A stretch of DNA of 48,268 nt from Salisapilia sapeloensis CBS 127946 (taxonomy: Eukaryota > Protista > Oomycota). The notes below the pieces were generated by a model. The model was given only the letters and a program-made list of their open reading frames with translations. It had not been told where the DNA came from and did no database searches. The translations under genes and the position numbers were made by a program. The DNA is taken from assembly GCA_023334545.1 (NCBI GenBank), contig JAADVB010000143.1:1-48268 (forward strand), given 5' to 3'. This document shows, piece after piece, positions 11,511 through 23,448 of this stretch; position 1 is the stretch's first letter, and each line of letters opens with the position of its first letter.

Positions 11511-11760
11511 AATATAAATGCATTATTTCAGACAGGGTTAGGACCTATAGAAGCCACTACTCTTGGTGAACAAATCCAGTCCGCAACTTCGTGATATCCA
11601 AACGTCACTATAAAAGGGACCAAGCATTTGAATTGTGCTTTCTTACAGAGTATGCGCCTGCTCAAAAGAAAGACTATTTTCAAACTGACCATAAAACTAA
11701 ATGCGAGATGAGATGAAACATTAGAGTTCGACTCCATTTTTATACAAGTCGCTACAGTGT

Positions 11761-13704
11761 CTACTCTCCCTTGGATCCATCCATACCTAGCTGTTCGGCC
11801 CAATCGAATCTGAAAGTAAAGTCGACACCTACATAGACGATCAAAGTTAGCTCAAGCGAATGAAAGGAAGGAAATTGGAAGAGATAGCGCATACCGTAAT
11901 GTATCAAAGTGAACTGGAGAACAAACCAGATAGTTAAAGTGCTCCTCGCTACGATCTGGCGCCATTGTATTTCCAAGGAATATCCGAGCAAATGCATCGA
12001 TGAGAATTTGCACCTCTTTTTGATCATATAATGAAAGGTAAGTAGGGTCGCAGCTTCCATAAGTGCATAAAGAAGTATGTTAACAGATCCTGTTTGAAGT
12101 TCTCTATATGTCATACTGCGCAAATGAGGATAGTATACTGCATTTGGCAAGTGAAAGAGCACCCATGTATGTATGACATACACTATTGGAAGGGCAACTT
12201 CGACTAGCTCCGTCATCATACAATACTCGGCGTGATAGAGTAGTTTCAGCGCTGCATATACAAGTCTGACCTCCTCTGGTTCGCAATAGAGACGCTCTTC
12301 GAAGGCATACTTTGGATCTGTAATAGATGCTAGCGATATCTCCTTTATATTAGCATCAAAGAAGGAACTCCCGACTGTTGCTCGTCGTACTTTACCCCCA
12401 TGCATCTTCAACTGGCATGCAGGTGGTTCAGTGCCACCTTTCTTGTCATTTGGAAGCACGTCAAACGTTTTGTTTATTATTCCATCCACGCCAAACTGGC
12501 ACGCCTCAAGTGTAGCCCTAACGCGTGACAATTGGAAGCTCTCGGGCACAACAAACGCTTGTACTCTTTCTCTAGTTTCCGCTTTTCGACACAGAGCCAA
12601 ACTGCTCGACAATAAATCTCCGTTAAACGTGTTTGTTATGTGATGCTGTTTTAGTGCCTTAAGCAACGCCTTGCTACCATTTTCCATCTTTAAAACAGAG
12701 AATAAAGCTTGGATAGAATCGATTCCAATGAATATGGCGGATACCCACATTGATTTTGCTGTATGCATACAGATAGAAACGAAGAGAGCGTGGAACACCT
12801 GAAACATCATGCATGCTGGGTATCAGAAACAACTTAAGCTGTGCAATCAAAGATTCAAATATAAGCGTACCTCGACGGTAAACGTTGTAAGCTCTGGGAT
12901 GGTTTTTAGGTCGGACGACATAGCCCGAGCATATAGATTCTTAAGTCCAAACTTCAATAGCGGTAACACACCGATAAAAAGGATTTGCTCCGTTTGAGAA
13001 AGTAGTTGAAAGATACCGTTGTAGCCGTTGTAGACCACTAACACTGCTACATGAAGCGATATTACTATGCTTTGGGCCTTCAACGCACGTATCTGGTGGG
13101 GACTGCCAACGTATCCCGCTTTTTTTATAAATAGGAAGAGGAGAGCTGTGTGTGTTGTTATGAAAGGTACTGAAGTAACTACTGCAGTAAACGGAATAGG
13201 AAATCTCCAATATGCAGCAAGGATGAGGTTCGAGCAAAGCGCAGATACTCCAGTAGCAATTGCAGTAAATACAATTTTCGTAGGATGAATCTGTATATTT
13301 GGGATGAACAGCAAGACCTGGTAAGCAAATGAATAACTTATAATAGATGTCGATACAAAGTGTCGGGTCCAAAAGACAGTGTTACGAGTCCAAGGATCAA
13401 GCGGTGTCCTTAGTGGCATTAGCTCGATAAAAGTTTCTAAGACGAGACCCGGTATCGTCACAAGCAAGCAGTACCACAATATCCGCCAGCTAGAAGCTTT
13501 CGAGCAATATTGATCAAAATCGTGAAGTCGTTCAATCGAGTAAGCTCCTCGATTGTAAATCTGCATTGTAAGGTATGCATCATAAAGAGCTGCACACTTC
13601 TTTTGAAGGTTCTTCCACACTACGGTCTTCAACGAAGTAGCTGTGTCTTCATTTTTCTCTTCATGATGAGTTTCCGACAGTAGAGTGGAATCAGCTACTT
13701 TCAT
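11761..13704 (-). CDS. Polytopic membrane protein of unknown function (~11 TM, ~601 aa), oomycete-type family; 3 exons (introns 12799..12870, 11829..11894)
   Basis: Two ORFs joined by GTACGC..CAG (TFTVE|VFHAL). An in-frame 66-nt intron gives HYG|VDFTFRFDW. Motifs YSIERLHDFDQYC, WRFPIPF, YHAEY..E.VE resemble, from recall, an expanded oomycete TM family. Confidence 0.8.
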
Positions 13705-14330
13705 GCTAGTAAATGTTGCCTGTCCAATATCAAGCTAAAGACAAACATAGTCTCAAAATCATGATGTGAACGCTTGACGAAACGGACTGCCCATCTTAAG
13801 TATATTAGGCTGTTCGCACACCGAGCAGTATCCGTTTTAACCGTCCATCTAATTTAAAGTCAAATGCATGCTTCAAATACGACACGCGATAAAACAGTAG
13901 TTTCGCTGTACATGACGTTATGGTCCATGACGACGAATAGAACATCGATTTCGCGTATGACGTGCTTTGTCCAGTATCACAATGTATAGTTTGGAGTATC
14001 GCTTCATAGGTGTAATGATCGCCGGATGCGAGACTGATGTATAATATTGATGTTCATAGCGGATAAGAGTGTCCTCAAATACGTTTGCTTGAGCAGGTCT
14101 ACATATCTCATAGAGATGATCTTAGCAAAAGCTGCTTTTCAGTCGAAATCAAGTATGCTATGCTCATCGTGAAAACAGTATTCGTATTACTGGCAATCAA
14201 TTCCAACGCTTGAAGGGTCTAGCCCGTCAGGTTTTCATTGAGCGGCACCTATTCGTTATATACTAGCACACAGGAAATTAGCATGCACGGCGCTCTCTAC
14301 CTCGTAACACGCCTCCACGTCTTCAGTTTG

Positions 14331-14373
14331 CAGGAATGAGTCATTCCTGTCGTAAGCCGAAATGAATCATTCC
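14331..14373. promoter_or_regulatory. Paired palindromes with AP-1/bZIP-like cores in a divergent intergenic region
   Basis: Perfect inverted repeat CAGGAATGA-G-TCATTCCTG (14331..14349), followed by GAAATGA-A-TCATTCC (14359..14373). Confidence 0.35.
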
Positions 14374-14783
14374 AGCTCTATTTTATCGACAGAACCGCTA
14401 TCGTTTGCTTACGCATGGATTTTCTATCCACCTAGCGATATCAGGCTCAATCGACACGCTTGATTGACCGTAGGACGAATGTCTAAATGTGAGTAATTCA
14501 CTCGACCGAACAGATCAGCCGAAAAGCATTTTCATCCTCCGCTAGGCATTCCATTCTATCCCCGTGGACAAGTATTTTTGTCAAAAGCCACGAGATGCAC
14601 CGATCATATAAAGTGAGTACAGACAGAATCAACCTACGATGATCCCTAGACCAAAGCATCCTCGGTTCAGTCTCGAGATAGGCGCGGCGGGTCTGCTACG
14701 GATCGATTACGCAATACATATGACTTGACTTGGGAGAGACCAGCTCATCGCTGGAGCATATCATAATTCTATCTCCTCCGACC

Positions 14784-15461
14784 ATGGAGCCTCAGACGAC
14801 AAGTACGAAAGGTCCCCAAACATTCAGTGCTCGCAAGGGCAAGTCCAAGCTATCCGCTCGCTTCAGTCGTCCAAATTTTTCCAAGCGAGCGCCACAGGGG
14901 GCACTCATTCGCACGACCATCGTGGACGGCCATGCCTCTCTTCAACAAGTCGCCAGCATCGACGACGATTTCGATGACGACGACGACTCTTCCTCTCTGG
15001 ACTCGCCCGAGGAAGAGTCGAGTCCCATCGAGGATGTCCAATCGGATAAAAAGACTCGGCATCGACGGAAATTGCATATCCCACGGCCATCGCTACCGAA
15101 AGGTGGTGCAAAAGTCGATCTCATGTCGAAGATGGCACCCATCATGCGTCGAGTGCGGTCCGCAGATGCTGCATCAACCACTTCGACAGCAACATCATCC
15201 CCAGCAACATCATCCAACCTGCCACGTCATCCACTACTAGACAGTGACGATGAAGAAGGTTATGACGATGAATGTGGATGCATCGAGAATGAAAACAAAG
15301 CCAAGCTAAGTCGTACAAGGGAAGAGGACGACGACGACCATATTTTCAGTGACCCTGAGCTCGATTCCGACCGTAGCTCGATCCTCTTTCGATCAAAACG
15401 ACACTCGCGTGCTCCAAAACAAACAGACATTCCGTTAATGGCCTTGTCCTTAAGTGGATGA
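14784..15461 (+). CDS. Hypothetical low-complexity, intrinsically disordered protein (~225 aa)
   Basis: Open frame from the ATG at 14784, GC-richer than its flanks. Alternating basic and acidic/Ser-rich blocks, with no recognisable domain. Confidence 0.65.
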   Translation: MEPQTTSTKGPQTFSARKGKSKLSARFSRPNFSKRAPQGALIRTTIVDGHASLQQVASIDDDFDDDDDSSSLDSPEEESSPIEDVQSDKKTRHRRKLHIPRPSLPKGGAKVDLMSKMAPIMRRVRSADAASTTSTATSSPATSSNLPRHPLLDSDDEEGYDDECGCIENENKAKLSRTREEDDDDHIFSDPELDSDRSSILFRSKRHSRAPKQTDIPLMALSLSG

Positions 15462-15558
15462 TCTACATATCTCACGTGCTACTATGCACATCCGACGGAA
15501 AGAAATGGGTATATCAAAGTGACAATACAGTGGTTTTTCAAATTCAATCCGATCGCCT

Positions 15559-16586
15559 CTAATCGTTATGTGGATGGTTCTCGTCTACGCGGTCATACTG
15601 TCCATTGGCATCGGCGACAAAGTCGTTCACGACATTCGCATCGACGACGCGTGGCTCAAACAGCATTTTTCTAGATATAACGTAAGTACACGATGAGGCA
15701 AGCAACGGTTTTCATAGAAGATGTACATGAAACGAGGCGTGGCTAGTGGTCGCTCAGTCTTCCATCCTCGTACTCGAGCAACCGTCGGGTATACATCTAC
15801 CGTTTCACCATTAAGAGAGGTAAAATGAATGATCTAATATGTATATCCTACCTTCGAAAAAGTAATATGTGTGACCGACAAAGATGCCAATGAGGTCTGT
15901 AGTGGCGCTATTGCCAAGCACGAGAGAGAAGGAAAGGAGGACCCATGGGAGATAGGGTGCTGTAAAAGGGAAGAGACCTAGGAAACTCATGCGTACGTGC
16001 TCATTGCGACGACCCCAGAGGTAGACCATCATAAACGTAAGAGACGATCCTAGGAAGTGGATGCTGACGAACGGAGCTACGAGCTGCAGTAGACCATGGT
16101 GTTAGTGTGAGAATGCAAGTAAATGCATCTACTAGGACGTACGATCATGGCGACGGCACCCAATAGAAGCATGTAGGCAAAATCTGCTGTTCGGTTACGG
16201 AAAGATCCTTCCTCTAGAAGTCGGCAATATCGTACGCTGCGAGAATATGTCAATGATTGATCTAGATACGACAAGATGGCAATAGGAATGACGTACACAA
16301 AGTACATGTGGAACAAAAAGTCTAGACTAAAGAGTCCAAAGAAGAGGAAGTTGGTCAGCAACCGCCAGACCTATTTCGTAACCATACATAAGTGCCACGT
16401 ACACGACTAAAGATGAGATAAGTGGAGTCCAACCTGTCCTTTGAAGAAGATGAGGTTGAAATTAAAGTATAGTGAGAATGGCGACACGAGGTCCAGTGCA
16501 CAGACAGTTGTTGTCAATACTGCACCGGTCAAGTACAGTCTTGAGATAATGGGAATCTCATAGTACCATTCCAACGGATCATTCAT
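15559..16586 (-). CDS. DER1: Derlin (Der1 family ERAD membrane protein), 6 exons (introns 16371..16433, 16237..16296, 16084..16142, 15797..15851, 15671..15726)
   Basis: Spliced product: [20 protein letters not shown]|[21 protein letters not shown]|[62 protein letters not shown]|DVYP. All introns are GT-AG and 55-63 nt. Confidence 0.95.
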
Positions 16587-16726
16587 CACGCCTATAGTCG
16601 AAACGTTCGAATGTTGTCGGCTAAGGAGTGCCAAGTGGCAGCATTTACCTTTGCATTTGTATGCACATACAAATGTGAATATATATGTTGAAGTGGAGAT
16701 CTTGAACCGTTTCATAGAGAGTGGAA

Positions 16727-19008
16727 ATGAGTCGCTTGGTGACGTATCGGAGCAAGATGCCTGAGATAATCAAGCTTCGAATGGAGCAAGTGATGGGCAT
16801 CACGATGTATTTGGTGCAAACCGTAGGGCCGACGTCGTATGTGGTAAGATCTTCAATATCTTTGATCACACGAAAATAAATGTAGTAAGCGATGATCTTA
16901 GGTCCAGGAGCAGAACAACGAGCGCAAGTACAAGGTCTTGATCGGGTCACTTCAACAGTGTTCCTGTGGTGACCCGGACGTGTGCATTCATATTCTGTTT
17001 GTCTTACTTAAAGTACAGTACTGATAATTAGTCGCTATAGGTTTCTCGTATATGACTAACATTATGTGTAAAGGTCCTTCGATTGCCGTCTTCCTGCCCT
17101 ATTGTCTGGCAAAAGTCACTCGTCGATTCAGAGGTAGAAATCTATCATTGAAGCATTCTTTTGTTATTTGATGAATACTTCATCAATAGATAGAAGCCTT
17201 GCTTCGTGGTGACTACCGAGAGCAGACAAGAGCGGAGCCGAAAGAAGCCAAGTCTTTCTTAAAAAAGAAGCGAGAAGCTATGAAGAATCGATCCATCAAT
17301 GAAGAAGAAGGTAGCGAAACGGAGGTGCATCGACATGAAGTAGCTCAAGGTGAAGTTTGCGCTATATGTCAAGAAGACATGGATGACCCCGACACGCTCA
17401 CCTATTGTCGAAAGGGATGTGGCAACAACTTTCACATCGAATGCAGTACGTACCACGACTTCCATGCATAGCTATGTAAGACTTAGAGCAGCTCATTAAT
17501 CCACTTTTAGTGCGAGTGTTCGGAGAAAGCAGGAAGCAGTCAAAGGAGAATATCGTTTGCCCCTTGTGTCGTCAGGATTGGGGAACTACAGCTTTAACGG
17601 CACTAAAAAAGGAGAGCGATCACGCTAATAAAGCTCCAAATGTCCATCGAAAGGTAGCATGTCGACGATGTCGAACTACACCGATACGAAAGGAGCGCTA
17701 TCGATGCTTGCGGTGCAAAAAATTTGACCTATGTCGTCGTTGCTTTGGTGAGTAGCAAGAACTAGAAATGAAACTTAAACGCAGTGATAGCTAAGGCAAT
17801 GGAACAGATACAGGAGCACATGCAAAGCATCCATTTGTGGTGAAGTTGAATGTAGGAGATGGATGGACACCTGCGCTTCGGAATCAAGAACGCAATCCCC
17901 AAGTTGATGAGACTGCTTTTGCTGGTCTAGAAAATCGGGAGCTTACAACGAATGATTATGACTTGCTCCTGCAGCTTGATCAAGGACAAAAATATCCGTT
18001 GCATGAATACCTCATGGCGCATCTCGAGAGTGAAAAGCTGGAGCCAAGCGCGGCTAAAGAGATTTATCAGACAACGGACACGTGCGAGCTATGTCATCAA
18101 AGTCTGACTATTCAGTCAGCCGTGCATCGAATCGCTTGTGGAGTAAGCTTCTAACTTTCTCTATTATAGCCCCAAAACTTACATTCTGATAGCACTCCTT
18201 TCATGAAAGCTGTGCTTCTAGAGCACTACTTTCACAAGTCTATGCTTGTCCACATAAAGGTTGTGAACAGGTACTCTTTCCTGGTCTTCACTACTCAGCT
18301 ACTTCGGGAGGAAGCTCTGTTAAAGCCAAATTAACGTCGAAGGCACCGAAAGATAAATTTGAGTCAGCACTACCACCAATCGATCCTGTCCTTAGTATTT
18401 CTTCTGTCCAGCACGAAAGCAGCAGTATTATCTCGACACCTCGCTCCTCACATACAACTCCGTCTAGAACGCAGACCCGCGAAAAGAAGAATGTTTCTCC
18501 AGTCAACAGTTTGCCTGAACTAAGTGTTGGCAATGCTCGCGCGACTACAGTAAATGCAGTTGGTCCCAGGTTACCAGTCATGAGCAAGCGGACACTTCGA
18601 CGACCACCTCGAGTGTCTAATCAAGAAGACAGTCACGAAACTACTGAAAGTAAAGATGCTTTCTTTGCACCGGTAGATCTAGAAGGACGATTGAACGCAA
18701 GGATGGAACTAGCAGAGCAGTCACGTATATCTCGTCTAGAGGAGAAAAAGAATCGGATGAAAAAGAAAAACATGCTTCGAGTACAACGTGTTCAAGCTGC
18801 AAATGCAAACCAAAGCATTCCGTTTGAAAGCTACCTGAGTACGCAAGCGCTACCGACAATCAACTCAAACGTAAAAAGCAAACGTAATCGACAGCAGGAT
18901 GAAATTGCTTCGAGAAGACGAGCAAGAGAAGCTCAGCAACAACAAAACTTCTCGAACTTGCAGCAGAGTCAAGTGCCAGATCTGTGCATACAAAACAAAT
19001 TAAAATAA
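16727..19008 (+). CDS. ZSWIM2: ZSWIM2/MEX-like E3 ubiquitin ligase (SWIM - RING - ZZ - RING), multi-exon
   Basis: Spliced exons give GPTSYV|VQE..KYKVLIGSLQQCSCGDPDVCIHILFVLLK|VLRLP..VWQKSLVDSE (SWIM); CAICQED..CRKGCGNNFHIEC|M..CPLCR (RING); CRRCRTTPIRKERYRCLRCKKFDLCRRCF (ZZ); RELTTNDYDLLLQLD; CELC..IACG|HSFHESC..CP (RING2). Confidence 0.85.
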
Positions 19009-19029
19009 AATGTTCAGGGCATGTATATT

Positions 19030-21759
19030 CTAGTTTTTATCACTAGCATTCTCCGATTCGGAGCTACTACTGCTTCGATCGCCTGCTCGAGACTTGGGCC
19101 TACTCGACCTCCACCTGAACAGCACAGACAAGATGATTGTGAACACCGTAACGATCGGAGCTAGGATCTTGGGCGATAGAAGCACCAATAATTTCGGTAG
19201 TACATCGTCTGTCGCACTCTTAATGTCATGCGAGAAATGACACGACGCAATGCGTTTCCTCGGATCGCCGCAGTTCTCAAGCAAGTTGCACAACGTCCCT
19301 TCGAGCATGTGGCAGGAGAGCTGCATGGACAGATTGGGCGTATCGCATGAAATCTTCTGCATCATGCCAGACTGGACGTCAATCATCGTAACAGGGTCGT
19401 ACTCTGGAATGACAGCGACACTTCGATGGTGAAGCTTGGCGCGATTCACAGCGATGGACTCTCCACCAATATCATGCACCTGCTTTCCGTAGCTTTGAAC
19501 ATGACCTGGAGGAGAGAACGTGACGGATATCTTGCCAACGATGGAAGCAACTAAGCGGGCGATGCCCCCACCCATCGAGTGCCCAGTGAGAATGACATGA
19601 CGGTCTTTAATCGATTCGACGTACTCTAGTAGTTCACTATAGTACCAAAAGTCATGTCGAAGTCCAAAGAGAGAGACGAGTTCACTGTAGAGTTCAATAA
19701 GCGTAGCAAAGGTTGTGTCCGGCCAGATGCGGACCGTTGGGAAGACAGCGCTGATCATGGCAAAAATCACAGGTTCGAAAAACATTTTCACATCCTCGAT
19801 GAAGTCAGTTGGACGCCAAATGTCCGTCCCTCGAACTGATATGACGCTGGTATTTAGGGCTGGGATATGCATTTCGAAAAAGTCAAGTTTCGATCCGGTT
19901 TTTGTGTTTGTAGGCGGCAAGTGCACGTCAATATGCCCCAAATGACCTCCTGCCAGAGACCTTACAAAGTCTTTTATGTCATCCGATAATGGATCAAAGT
20001 ACGCTGCTTCTGACAGAAGCGCCAAGTCAACGATATTGAGTCCATGCCAGCGATTTTCACAGCTCATGTATAAAGGCTCTTCCCTATACATGGGCGGATG
20101 TGTCTCATTTGCTAATCCAAGCTTGAGCTTGACGACGGCAGTGTGCTGGATGTCAATCGAGTTATCTTTGTACGAGACTGAAGTCGCGTCTGGATACCAC
20201 TTGGCACTACGCTGTAGGACGGAGAGGATGCTGAATCCACTCAGCATAGCGACATGAATGCATACAATGCACACTGCCACGATAACGAATATTTTTGCGG
20301 CACGATGACCGGGTAGACTATCCGAAGCTTGTATCTTTGTACGACGTAGCATCTCCTGCAGCGATGATGGTAGTTTGTTGACTCGGCTATGTCTAGACTT
20401 TGTGGATCCAGTCCATCGTAGCGCTCGATCAAAAAGGAAGACAAAGACGACTGCGAACGGATGTGGTCGGTCCGTCATCTTTGATCCGGTGAATATAGAT
20501 GCAGCACCGAAGAGTGCTAGTGGAAAGCTTATTAGCAGCGACTTCTTCGAGACCAGAGATATCATGCGCAGACCAATGAGCGAAATGACGTAGATGGATG
20601 GTAAGAGCAGATTGATGATCGTAAGCTCTAGTTGTGCATGCACGAATCCCATGGACGGGAGGATACAAGCACGCGTAAAGATGATCAATTGACCAACTGC
20701 AAATGATAGCTTTAGTCGTTCAAAGAAACCACTGAGCTGCTGTTGAGATGGCTCGCATTTGGCGACCGTATCATATGTAAAGCACGTGACAATGACGAAA
20801 TATACAACCCAAGCCAATAATAGGGATTGACCATAGATCTCCCACTCGTTCGATGGTAAGGAGCTGAGGAAGGTGAGCTGGTAGCGGAAATGACGCACTA
20901 GCCACTCGACGAACCAAAGGACTCCAGCAGAACTGAGCAGGAAAAGGTAGCCGCCCAAGGCAAGCGTCGATAATGTCGACATACTGCGTAGAGCTCGCCT
21001 CCAATTAGGAAGTATTTCAAGACAGAGCTGAAGGAACTGGAAGGTGGCAATGACAGTCGATAGCCGCAGACTCCTCTGAAACATCGGATGATTGTTGCTC
21101 AAGAACTTCATGTACGACTCGTGACAAAGTACTTGCGTCCAAGTATCTCTTGATGGTCCATTACCGTCACATATGAGTGGAACGGCAATGAGGGAAGGAA
21201 CAAGAAGGAAGCAGGGAAGCGCGACTGTGAGAATGACCACTTGTGGTCGGTTTTCAACAGCAATCGTACGACGGATTAATGGGAAGTTATGGACAGATTG
21301 CCAAGTAACAATCCACATCGCTCGTCCGAAGGATAGCACGATACCAATGACCGAGACGTACGTGAAGAGGACACATGCAGCTTGAGTTAGCGGCATCGTT
21401 ACCAGCGTACTAACATTTCCACCAAAGATGGCACTGATGTTTGTGAGGAACCCCCAGAGGATTGCAAGCGCCTGGTTGATACAAAAATCATTTTCTTAAA
21501 TGAAATAAAGCTCTGAAAGTATTTAAGATACCTGTAGCATGACGTAGATGAAGAAAAAGGAGATGACTTGATGCGCTCCTGGAATGTAATAAAACACTAA
21601 CTTTGGTAGCTCGACTGCGACGAGACGTAGGACCCGTTCCCATTGCATAACACCTTCGAAAGACAAGCTCCGACACATGTCAATCGCCTTGGAAGGGGCA
21701 TGACGCAGCCAAGACACTTGATCATGCTCTTCATTCGAATCCTTCGAGTCCGCCGCCAT
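19030..21759 (-). CDS. Polytopic membrane protein with class-3 lipase domain (~889 aa); 2 exons (intron 21472..21531)
   Basis: ORF 21523..21759 splices in frame (MLQ|ALAIL) to the 788-aa ORF. Lipase motifs ISVRGT, LTGHSMGGGIA, FSPPG, PEYDPV, SCH. Many N-terminal hydrophobic helices plus one C-terminal TM. Confidence 0.88.
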
Positions 21760-22157
21760 CCGTCCTGCTAACTGTCAAAATTATGGAGAATGAAAGGATG
21801 CTCTCTGCCTATAAGACTAGTCGGAAGACGTTCAGTGCCCAGCTTGGATGCCAATCGAATGTTAAGTCGGTACTGGGCGTTTTAATACGGGTGGACGATG
21901 TGGTACACATGAGCTTACGCCGGATTACACCTTTTTACGGTATCACATGACGATGATGCTGGACTCGGATGACGTGATGACACCATGGACACAAGTGTAT
22001 CTTTAAAATGATGATGAAACGCACGTACCCAAGAAACTTCGTGGGCTGCGTGTACTTGCTGGAGATGGAGGTGGTACCGTCTCAGTGTATCATCTACCGG
22101 ATCATGACAACCATGTGACCATCAATTAAGTCGATTGGTCGTTCGTGGACAAGCGCC

Positions 22158-23304
22158 ATGCGTATAGATGCTGCTATTCATGTAGAAAGAGCCCAGGTCG
22201 AACGGTTTGCACTGAAGCTGCAACAGACTCGCGATGTGGTCGTGCTTGCAGTCTCTTCGCCACTTGTATTCATTGCTTATTGTGAACTGAAGCCTACATC
22301 GGAGGAGCCGCCCAACAATCAATCGTTGAAAGTGCTCCTGGATGGTGAATTGAGAAAAGGTCGATTTGCGGCACAGCGAGTCTATTCAGTACAAGACTGC
22401 TGTGGCGAGATTGAGTGGATTCCACGATCATCCATCCTGCAGGCTATAAAATGTACTTCTAGACCTGTACCAAGTACGTGCATACAAACTCATCGTGCTT
22501 ATAGACACAAGCGTATTGAAAGTTGTAGGATACCCACGTCTCCTTCAAACGAAGATGACACAAATCCTTCAAGCCGACGGTTACCATATCCATCCAAAGA
22601 AATACACGCATGAATTGCATATATTCATGGAGCCTTCGGTCTCCCCTTACTTTCACTTCGGTGTAGTCGTGACCCCAACGAACAGTCATTCAAATCCTGT
22701 ATCCAAAACGACGATGCCAAGTACTGTTCCTAGTCGAGCTTACTACAAGATGGAAGAAAGTTTACCGAGCTTATCCGTACAAGAAGGAGAATGGGCTATG
22801 GACATTGGCGCATCACCTGTAATACTAGATCAAACCACTTCTACCTAGCATAACCATTAACTTTTATACATATAGGGAGGCTGGACGCAATGTCTTGCTC
22901 TTCACGGTACCAACGTCGTTGCTATTGATCCAGGCAAATTGTACATTTCGCCAGATTTGTATCAGTCATCGGTAGTGCACTACCCAATGCTCTTCGAAGA
23001 AGCCAAAGAGCTTATCAAGTCAGACTACGGACGTCGCTTTTCACTTTGTGTATGTGACATCAACGTTCGTGTAGACATCATGGCCGATCTTATCACGCAA
23101 GCTGCACCACTCCTCCTTCCCGACGCTCGTCTCGTTCTTACTTTGAAGCTTGGTAAGAAGCCAACTTCCACTGCCATCGCACAAGCAGTCTCAAAAGTGA
23201 CATCTATCCTATCCCAAGACTTTACGTCGTTCCACACCAAGTGGCTTCACGCGAACACTCAGAACGAACGCACACTGTTTGCCTCGAAAAGACCACAACT
23301 TTGA
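22158..23304 (+). CDS. FtsJ/RrmJ-fold SAM-dependent RNA 2'-O-methyltransferase, RlmM(YgdE)-like; 3 exons (intron 1 ends at 22504, donor 22453 or 22474; intron 2 22819..22875)
   Basis: SRAYYKMEES, AMDIGASP|GGWTQCL, VVAIDPG, VCDIN and LTLKL match the RlmM/FtsJ catalytic-domain motif order. Confidence 0.8.
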
Positions 23305-23448
23305 CTTTGAACAATCGATCATACTACGTTCCTTCCCTTCTTGCTACACTTCCACTAGCTCAAAAAGAGTCTCCTACCGCTTCAAAAGTATCCACATGAA
23401 CCTCCTTCCAATGACAGTTCCTATGTGATAAGTGCCATGACGAGCGAA

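Noticed and set aside
11775-11800. GTTCGACTCC resembling a tRNA T-loop
   Set aside because: No cloverleaf, D-arm or acceptor stem, and it lies at the end of a coding gene.
399-19008. Apparent ERAD cluster (GH47 mannosidase, derlin, E3 ligase)
   Set aside because: The genes are separated by unrelated loci, and ZSWIM2-type ligases are not established ERAD E3s. Chance is sufficient.
21940-22030. RTGATGA (C-box-like) motifs suggesting a C/D snoRNA
   Set aside because: No suitably placed CTGA D box or terminal stem, and the region is the divergent promoter of two genes.
22474-22504. Possible 31-nt mini-intron in the methyltransferase
   Set aside because: An alternative donor at 22453 gives an in-frame 52-nt intron that fits the typical 52-72 nt range seen here. 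It cannot be resolved without RNA-seq.
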